Positions 8,974 to 16,120 of a stretch of DNA of 35,014 nt are shown here, in pieces. The stretch covers positions 1 to 35,014 of the forward strand of contig JANMVQ010000124.1 of NCBI GenBank assembly GCA_031392845.1. Reading direction: 5' to 3'. The notes beneath the pieces were generated by a model. It worked only from the letters and a program-made list of their open reading frames with translations, searched no databases and was not told the DNA's origin. Every line of letters starts with the position of its first letter. Position 1 is the stretch's first letter. The DNA comes from Chloroflexota bacterium. Lineage in GTDB: Bacteria > Chloroflexota > Anaerolineae > J036 > Brachytrichaceae. The position numbers and the translations under genes are program-made.

Positions 8974-11900
8974 ATGAAAAACAAAGCTCTACATTATTTA
9001 CTCGGCTTGGGTCTGGTGCTAGGTGCATTGGGCATGCCATTGACGAGCACTACGCAGGCGGCTGTGTTTCAACTCACGCTTCCTCCGGGATTTGTGCGTG
9101 ATAACGTAATTTCCGGTCCCAACGCGTTTGGTGGCGGCGAAGTGCCAACCAGCATGGCGTGGGCACCGGATGGTCGATTGTTTATTGGCCTTAAATCCGG
9201 GCGGATTCGCATTTGGCAGAACGGCGCGTTTTTGGCCAACGACTTTATCGACTTGCGCGATGTCGTGTCTGATAACGTCGATCGAGGCTTGGAAGGCTTG
9301 GCTGTCCATCCAAATTTCCCGGCTCAGCCGTATGTATATGCCTACTATGTTCACGATCCGGTGGGATTGCCGGTGAACCAGCGTGACCAGGATGGCGCGC
9401 GTGTCAGCCGGATGGTGAAGCTAAAGGCAAATAGCACGACAGGCTACAACGAGGCCGTGCCGATTTCCGACCCGGAGCGCGAGGTGGTTTTGTTGGGCCA
9501 GAACAGTGTGCTGAGTGCCATTGGCAGTACCACCAGCTTTACAGCGGGTGAAAGCTGTTTCAACAAAACGGTTGGGGTGGTGGCCTATGCCGGCTACGTG
9601 CCGGATTGTTTGCCGCAGGATAGTTCTACTCACGCAGGCGGGGCGCTGGCTTTTGGCCCCGCTGGCAATTTGTTTGTGAGCATCGGCGATGGCGCGGGTT
9701 ATGGTACGGTGGATCCACGCGGCCTACGGGCCATCACCCTGAACAGCATCGCGGGCAAAGTGCTGCGGATTGATCCACTGACAGGTAATGGCGTAGCGGG
9801 CAATCCCAATTTCAACGTCGGTTCCCCGGGCAGTGATCTGTCCAAGATTTATAGCCGGGGCATGCGCAACCCGTTTCGTATTGCGGTGAATCCAGTAAAT
9901 GGGTTGCCGTATGTCGGCGATATCGGGGATGGCACATGGGAAGAGATTAACGCTGGGCCGGGCAATTATGGTTGGCCATGTTACGAGGGTGGCAATGCAG
10001 TGAGTTTGCCCCAGCCGGGTTATGCCAATGATCCCAGCACAAAACCCACCTGTGACGGGTTTAGCGCCGCTGCGGTGTTGCCCTCGATATACGCCTATCA
10101 GCATTATTTCCCCACTGGGTCTAGCAATAATTATTCAGAAGGGGCCATCATCGCGGGTGCTTTTTTCTCTGGGACGAACTATCCGGCTGAGTACGACAAG
10201 GCATTGTTCTTTACCGATTATGTGCATGATTGGATTCGTTATCTCAAGTTTGATAACAATTTGAATGTCACGGGTGTCTATACCTTTGCCAACGAGTTGC
10301 TACCGCAACCCAACAAAGGGCCAGTGCAACTGAGTGTCGGGCCGGATAACAATTTATACGTGTTGGTGTTCGACTGGACCGGCAACAGCTCATTGACCCG
10401 CATCCGCTATGTGGGTGGGAATAATAATCAACCTATCGCCAGCGCGCAGGCCATGCCGACCAATGGGCCGATCCCGCTGAATGTGCAGTTCACTGGCGAA
10501 GGATCCAGTGATCCTGACACGCAGGCCTTGACTTACGGCTGGGATCTGGGCAACGGCGAATTTACGACAACAGTTAACCCGGTTTACACGTATACCGTGG
10601 CGGGGGCCTATACCGTCACGCTGACCGTGACCGATACAGGTGGGCTGTCGGACAGTGCGCGTTTGTACGTCACGGCGGGCAACACCGCGCCCGTGGTGAC
10701 GATCACCACCCCGACCACGGCCACGACTTGGGCAGTAGGCGATGTGATCAATTACAGCGGCTCGGCCAGCGACGCAGAGGATGGTGCATTAGCAGGCACC
10801 AGTTTGAACTGGGAGATCGGCATCGTGCATGGCTCGCACAACCATCCGGCCATCCACACCAGCATTGGTGCAACCGGCAGCTTCACCGCACCAGATCACG
10901 GTAACAACGTTTACTTCGAGCTGTGTCTGACCGCGACAGATGCCGGCGGTCTAAAGACCCGCAAGTGCGTCAACAGCGATCCGAAGTTGGTGGCGATTCA
11001 ATTTAAGAGTGTGCCCAGCGCCCAGCAAATTGCCTTTGCCGGGGTGTATGGGGTCACGCCTTTTACCACGACCACCATTGTCAATTCGCAGCAAGCCATC
11101 GCGGCGCCCCTTAGCCAGAATGGTTTGAACTGGCAGAGTTGGTCGGATGGCAAGCCCAATAGTTACACGACGACAATCCCGGCGACCAACCAGATCTTGA
11201 CCGCGACCTATGTGGCAGCGCCTCCCGTAGCAGTGATTACGGCCACAGCAAGTTCGGCGGTTGCCCCGGCACTAGTCACGCTGGATGGCAGCGGCTCGAC
11301 CGCTAACGGCACCAATGCTGGCATTCAGACCTATCTGTGGAATTTCGGTGACGGCTATACCAGCACGTTGGTTACCCCGACCCATGTGTTTCCGAATGGC
11401 GGCGCGTATTCGGTGACATTGACAGTCACGAATTTCGTTAATCAGGCAGCGATGGCGACCCGTGTCATCAATTTACAAGTGCCCGCTACAAATGACACCC
11501 ACTTGCCACTGGGGCTGCAAGTGGCGGATATTGGTGCTGCTGTGATAAATGCGCCAGAGGCGTTGGGGAGTGGCAGCAACTACCAAAATAATCAATTAGT
11601 GACCTGCAGCCGCAATGCCGGTGATATTTACAACGAGAGCGATGGCCTGTTGCTGACCTACCGCAAGGTTTCGGGCGATAGCGAGATTATTGGCCGCCTG
11701 ATCGATGTCAGTCGCCGAGTGGGTCAATATGGCAACAAAGCTGGCGTGATGTTGCGCGAATCGTTGACGGCAGGAGCCAAGAGTGTGTGGATTGGCACAT
11801 CAGTCGTTTATGAAGGTGACCCAAATAGTCCGGATGCACGCTTTACTCAGCGTTATCACTGGCGCCCTCAGACCGATGGCATGTCGGATGGGGTGAATGT

Positions 11901-13035
11901 CGGCGTCGGCGGCGGCACCTTGCCGACTTGGTTCCGTTTGTCACGCACTGGCAACACCTTTGTCGGTTATCTATCGGGTGATGGGGTGGCGTGGACGCCG
12001 GTGGCGACCCAGACCATCCAAATGGTGGGCACGATTTACGCTGGTTATGCCACCACAAGTATCGACAACACCTTGTTTACCTGCGCGCAGTTCGACAACC
12101 TGATTATCAACAACAACCCGGTGCAAGGGCCACCCCCGACGGCAGTGTTAACAGCCACGCCAACCAGTAGCAGTGCGCCGCTGGTTGTGTCGTTTGATGG
12201 GACGGGTTCTTCGGCGCAGGGAACCACCCCCGGAATTCGCTTCTACGAGTGGAATTTTGGGGATGGCTATAGCAGCATGTTGCCAACACCCACTCACGTG
12301 TATCGCGCCCCAGGCGCGTATATTGCCCAACTGACTGTGACCAACTTTGATGACGTGACTGCGACAACCAGCACACCGATCAATGTATTGGCTGAAGCCG
12401 CGCTGCCCACACCTTGGGTTCAAACAGACCTGAACGTTGCTAGTCTGGCTGGGCTGAGCAGCTACGATGCCAATGGACTGTTGGCGACGTGTGGGTCTGG
12501 GAACGATATTCAAGGCGCGGTGGACAGCTTCCAGTTTGCGTATCGCTCGATGCAGGGCAATGGCCAGTTAACTGCGCGAATGCGCAGCATGGATCTGACC
12601 GGGCCATTTGGCGGCAAAGCTGGCCTAATGATCCGCGAATCTGCTCAGCCAGGGGCTAAATATATGATGCTCTTGCAGAAGCGCGACCAGAACCCGCTGG
12701 ACGAGAGTATTCAAACCCAATTGCGCACTGATACTAATGGTGACACTTCTTATAATTATGTTGGACCGTATGCCCAGCCGCAATGGATGCGGCTTAACCG
12801 AACAGGGGATGTGTTCTCGGCGTATGTGTCGTCGGACGGAATAACCTGGACACTGGCGCAGTCCAGCACCATCGCCATGACTGATACGGTCTTAGCCGGA
12901 TTTGCCGTGACAAGTGTGGACAATACTCAACTAAATTGTGCGTTGTATGACAGTAGTGTGTTTACCGATACCCCATTGCTACCCATTGAGACAAAATGGA
13001 TACTCTTTATGCCATTGATTAAGAAAAATCCATAA
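8974..13035 (+). CDS. Secreted multi-domain protein: signal peptide, glucose/sorbosone-dehydrogenase-like beta-propeller, PKD domains and two ConA/LamG-like beta-sandwich modules
   Basis: Signal peptide MKNKALHYLLGLGLVLGALGMPLTSTTQA. The propeller motifs GLEGLAVHPNF, SIGDGAGYG and SRGMRNPFRIAVNPVNGLPYVGDIGDGTWEEIN match PQQ-dependent sugar dehydrogenase (SGDH). Three PKD-like modules carry WDLGNGEF / WNFGDGY. Two ~170-aa modules carry G-KAG-M-RES and W-RL-RTG--F--Y-S-DG--WT. Confidence 0.8.
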   Translation: MKNKALHYLLGLGLVLGALGMPLTSTTQAAVFQLTLPPGFVRDNVISGPNAFGGGEVPTSMAWAPDGRLFIGLKSGRIRIWQNGAFLANDFIDLRDVVSDNVDRGLEGLAVHPNFPAQPYVYAYYVHDPVGLPVNQRDQDGARVSRMVKLKANSTTGYNEAVPISDPEREVVLLGQNSVLSAIGSTTSFTAGESCFNKTVGVVAYAGYVPDCLPQDSSTHAGGALAFGPAGNLFVSIGDGAGYGTVDPRGLRAITLNSIAGKVLRIDPLTGNGVAGNPNFNVGSPGSDLSKIYSRGMRNPFRIAVNPVNGLPYVGDIGDGTWEEINAGPGNYGWPCYEGGNAVSLPQPGYANDPSTKPTCDGFSAAAVLPSIYAYQHYFPTGSSNNYSEGAIIAGAFFSGTNYPAEYDKALFFTDYVHDWIRYLKFDNNLNVTGVYTFANELLPQPNKGPVQLSVGPDNNLYVLVFDWTGNSSLTRIRYVGGNNNQPIASAQAMPTNGPIPLNVQFTGEGSSDPDTQALTYGWDLGNGEFTTTVNPVYTYTVAGAYTVTLTVTDTGGLSDSARLYVTAGNTAPVVTITTPTTATTWAVGDVINYSGSASDAEDGALAGTSLNWEIGIVHGSHNHPAIHTSIGATGSFTAPDHGNNVYFELCLTATDAGGLKTRKCVNSDPKLVAIQFKSVPSAQQIAFAGVYGVTPFTTTTIVNSQQAIAAPLSQNGLNWQSWSDGKPNSYTTTIPATNQILTATYVAAPPVAVITATASSAVAPALVTLDGSGSTANGTNAGIQTYLWNFGDGYTSTLVTPTHVFPNGGAYSVTLTVTNFVNQAAMATRVINLQVPATNDTHLPLGLQVADIGAAVINAPEALGSGSNYQNNQLVTCSRNAGDIYNESDGLLLTYRKVSGDSEIIGRLIDVSRRVGQYGNKAGVMLRESLTAGAKSVWIGTSVVYEGDPNSPDARFTQRYHWRPQTDGMSDGVNVGVGGGTLPTWFRLSRTGNTFVGYLSGDGVAWTPVATQTIQMVGTIYAGYATTSIDNTLFTCAQFDNLIINNNPVQGPPPTAVLTATPTSSSAPLVVSFDGTGSSAQGTTPGIRFYEWNFGDGYSSMLPTPTHVYRAPGAYIAQLTVTNFDDVTATTSTPINVLAEAALPTPWVQTDLNVASLAGLSSYDANGLLATCGSGNDIQGAVDSFQFAYRSMQGNGQLTARMRSMDLTGPFGGKAGLMIRESAQPGAKYMMLLQKRDQNPLDESIQTQLRTDTNGDTSYNYVGPYAQPQWMRLNRTGDVFSAYVSSDGITWTLAQSSTIAMTDTVLAGFAVTSVDNTQLNCALYDSSVFTDTPLLPIETKWILFMPLIKKNP

Positions 13036-13080
13036 CTTAGTAAATGTCTGCACAATAGTTACAGTCCTATCTTGCAAATA

Positions 13081-13122
13081 CCCCAGACAACGTTGCATAA
13101 GCGTTGCTCTGGGTATTTTTTT
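13081..13122 (+). terminator. Rho-independent terminator after the 1353-aa secreted protein gene
   Basis: CCCCAGACAACG - loop TTGCATAAG - CGTTGCTCTGGG, followed by TATTTTTTT. Confidence 0.75.
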
Positions 13123-13308
13123 GGCAAATTGATAGCTCTTTTTGAGTCTTAACTCTATTACAATAATGCATGTCTGCTCCAAAATACCTAGGCGGTGCTA
13201 CATCTCAAGATAGAGCAAACTGAACGACAGATTGCTCAATGTTAGTAAACTGCAAAACCAAGATGTTTAGGAGTAGTTAAGACGCAATAAAATGATTGTG
13301 CATGAAAA

Positions 13309-15279
13309 TTGAGAGGGAGTATGAGACTAATATCATCAAAGCTTTTCGCTACACGTAACATCGCACGCATCGTCATAACCACTAGTTTGTTTGGGGCGTT
13401 TTTAAGCGCACCGCAATCGAGTAACGCAGCGCCATCGGTGGCACCGACACCGGTGATCACGGTGACCGGCGCAGTCAGCGGCACTGGGCCGTTGCTGGCT
13501 GGTTTTAGCAGCGCTGGTTCTAGCAGTGGCGTGGCCAATCCTACGCTCACCACCATTTGGTCATTTGGCGATGGCCTGACCTCAACCTTGGGTTCGGTCA
13601 ATCACATCTTTGCGTTGCCCAGCACTTACACCGTGACATTGACGGTAACCAATTCCGCCAGCGAATCGGCGAGTGCAACAACCCTTGTGACAGTGACTGG
13701 GGCGGCCGTATTGCCTGCCCCCTATACCGGAGTTAATATCGGCACCTTTGTACCTGGGGCTGTACCGGGCAGCCGACTTTATTCAACAGGGGCGTTCTCC
13801 GGTTCACTGACCACCTGTAGCAACGGTGTTGATATTTATACGCCACCGGACGATCTGCGCTTTGCTTATCGTGCTATGTCGGGTGATGGTGAAGTGATTG
13901 GCAGATTGGTTGATTTGAACCGCTTGGCCCGCACTGGTGCCGACAAACCCGGCAATGGCAAAACCGGGTTGATGATTCGCGAGACAGTGACAGATGGCTC
14001 CAAGTACATCTTCATCGGCACCGATGGCATCTACTCGTCTGATCCGTGGGCTGCGGATGCGCGCTTCACGTATCGTGCGCAATGGCGTACGGCGACAGAG
14101 GGTGATTCGAACAATCAAGACGTTAGCACGCCTTTCCCATCGAATGAGTTGCCCCGCTGGTTCAAACTGGCGCGCCAGCTAAACACGTTTAGCGCCTCAT
14201 TATCAATCGATGGTGTAACCTGGGTGCAGCAACTGACGCAAGTGATCACCATGCCGACTAACGTATTGGCCGGTTACGCAGTGACCAGCATTGATAGCGT
14301 GACTCCGGCACCGATGAACTGCGCTCAGTTCGACGGCCTGGCTTTGACCGATACCCCAGCCCCGCCTATTTTGCCAACTGCTGTGTTGTCTGCGACACCG
14401 ACCTCTGGCGCAGCACCGCTAATCGTGCAACTGGACGCCAGTGCATCCAACTCGGCAGGACCTATACCGGGCATCAAGAGTTATCTATGGAGTTTTGGTG
14501 ATGGGGTGACTTCTACCGAAATCGCACCGATCCATGTGTATCCGGTGTCAGGCACCTATTCGGTGCAGCTAACAGCAACTAACTTTGACGATAATACCGC
14601 CGTGCAAAACACATCGATCACGGTGGCAGCCGGCTCATCGACAGGCACCTTGCCTGCGCCCTGGGTCAGCAAAGACCTGATCTCTATTTTGGGTAAGCCA
14701 GGTTCTAGCAACCTCGCTTCGTTTAACAACAACAACGTGTTGGCCAGCTGCGGATCCGGCCTCGATGTGCAAGGCACAGACGACCAATTTCGCTTTGACT
14801 ATTATCCGCTGACAGGCAACGGCGAGATCAAAGCACGCATGCTGAATATTAGTCAACCAACCGGGTCGTTTGGCAACAAGGGCGGCATTATGATTCGTGC
14901 AGCAGCCACGCGGGATGCCGCATATGTGGCGCTGTTGCAGAACAAGCAAACCAATCCGAATGACTCGGCCTTGCGTTATCAGAACCGATTAGTCGCTGGG
15001 GCTGATTCCGCCAACGATTACGTGGAAGGTTACAGCGAGCCGAAGTGGATGAAGATCACCCGCACTGGCGATGTCTTTGTATCTTACACAGCAACCACTG
15101 GTTTGGACTGGACGCCTGTAGCGACCACGACCGTGGCTATGTCACAGACGGTGTTGGCGGGCTTTGCCGTGACCTCTATTGATAACAGTAGTGTCAGTTG
15201 TGCGGTGTTTGACAACGTTTCTTTGCCTGGCACGGAACAATCCAAATTCAAGTTGTATCTGCCGCTGCTGGGGCGCTAA
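13309..15279 (+). CDS. Secreted PKD-domain protein with two ConA/LamG-like beta-sandwich modules (paralog of the upstream gene)
   Basis: Signal peptide, then two PKD-like modules (WSFGDG), each followed by a ~170-aa module that aligns to those of 8974..13035 (GNGKTGLMIRETV, WFKLARQLNTFSASLSIDGVTW; GNKGGIMIRAAAT, WMKITRTGDVFVSYTATTGLDWT). GAGAGGGAG lies upstream of the ATG. Confidence 0.8.
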   Translation: MRGSMRLISSKLFATRNIARIVITTSLFGAFLSAPQSSNAAPSVAPTPVITVTGAVSGTGPLLAGFSSAGSSSGVANPTLTTIWSFGDGLTSTLGSVNHIFALPSTYTVTLTVTNSASESASATTLVTVTGAAVLPAPYTGVNIGTFVPGAVPGSRLYSTGAFSGSLTTCSNGVDIYTPPDDLRFAYRAMSGDGEVIGRLVDLNRLARTGADKPGNGKTGLMIRETVTDGSKYIFIGTDGIYSSDPWAADARFTYRAQWRTATEGDSNNQDVSTPFPSNELPRWFKLARQLNTFSASLSIDGVTWVQQLTQVITMPTNVLAGYAVTSIDSVTPAPMNCAQFDGLALTDTPAPPILPTAVLSATPTSGAAPLIVQLDASASNSAGPIPGIKSYLWSFGDGVTSTEIAPIHVYPVSGTYSVQLTATNFDDNTAVQNTSITVAAGSSTGTLPAPWVSKDLISILGKPGSSNLASFNNNNVLASCGSGLDVQGTDDQFRFDYYPLTGNGEIKARMLNISQPTGSFGNKGGIMIRAAATRDAAYVALLQNKQTNPNDSALRYQNRLVAGADSANDYVEGYSEPKWMKITRTGDVFVSYTATTGLDWTPVATTTVAMSQTVLAGFAVTSIDNSSVSCAVFDNVSLPGTEQSKFKLYLPLLGR

Positions 15280-15422
15280 TCTAAATAAAACCAACTAAGT
15301 CTTATGGTTTTGACATACTAAAACATAGTATTTCAGCGGCTTTTGCGCTGAATGAAAGCCGTTTTGACTTGTTGGTTCTATTTAGCATCAGAAACCAGCT
15401 TTTGCGGAAGTGTTGCAGTCAA

Positions 15423-15457
15423 GGGCCGGAGTTCGCTTTGAACTTCGGCCCTTTTTT
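15423..15457 (+). terminator. Rho-independent terminator after the second PKD protein gene
   Basis: GGGCCGGAGTTC - GCTTT - GAACTTCGGCCC, followed by TTTTTT. A weaker hairpin at ~15336-15365 precedes it. Confidence 0.85.
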
Positions 15458-15541
15458 GTTGTTCATCCTGCCGGTTTTCGTTAGTTTGTCACTCGCTGGA
15501 TTGCAACTTAGATGCTAGGATCAAACGAGGAGGTGTTGCTG

Positions 15542-16111
15542 ATGAACGATTCGTCAGTTTCCCGACGCGAATTTCTCAACTACATCTGGGCAGCCTCGAT
15601 TGCGGTTTTCATGGCAGGCAATGGGATCGTTGCTTTTCTATTTGCGTGGCCACGCCGGCCCATCCAGAGTGTCTTGATCGAAGCGGCGTTACTGCCTGCA
15701 ACTGGCTCAGCACCCACAACCATGCCAACCAACACATTGCCCAATCCCTACAGACAGATTGGAGGCATACAGTTCACCACTGGCCCGGGTCATGTCTTTT
15801 TGGCACACCTGGCGGATGGCCTAGTGATGTTGGATGTTCGTTGCACGCACCAGGGTTGTGTCATGCCGTTTTCAGAATCTGCGCGAAGGTTCGAGTGCCC
15901 CTGTCATGGCGCTCAATATACGCCAAATGGCACCTATATTGCTGGCCCAGCACCGCGCGATATGGATCGCTATCGTTGGCAAGCGTTGGATATTCAAGGG
16001 AACATCCTTGCAGTATCGGATGGTAAGGCCCCCATGCGGGTGCCTCCAAATACCGCTCGTATTCAGGTTTTCACGGGTGAAATCGTCATGGGTAAATCGT
16101 CCGCGGTTTGA
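15542..16111 (+). CDS. Rieske [2Fe-2S] iron-sulfur protein with N-terminal Tat signal / membrane anchor
   Basis: CTHQGC...CPCHG are the two Rieske boxes. The RREFL twin-arginine motif is followed by a hydrophobic helix. GAGGAGG lies 7 nt upstream of ATG 15542, which was chosen instead of ORF-track 15512. Confidence 0.85.
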   Translation: MNDSSVSRREFLNYIWAASIAVFMAGNGIVAFLFAWPRRPIQSVLIEAALLPATGSAPTTMPTNTLPNPYRQIGGIQFTTGPGHVFLAHLADGLVMLDVRCTHQGCVMPFSESARRFECPCHGAQYTPNGTYIAGPAPRDMDRYRWQALDIQGNILAVSDGKAPMRVPPNTARIQVFTGEIVMGKSSAV

Positions 16112-16120
16112 AAGATGGAT

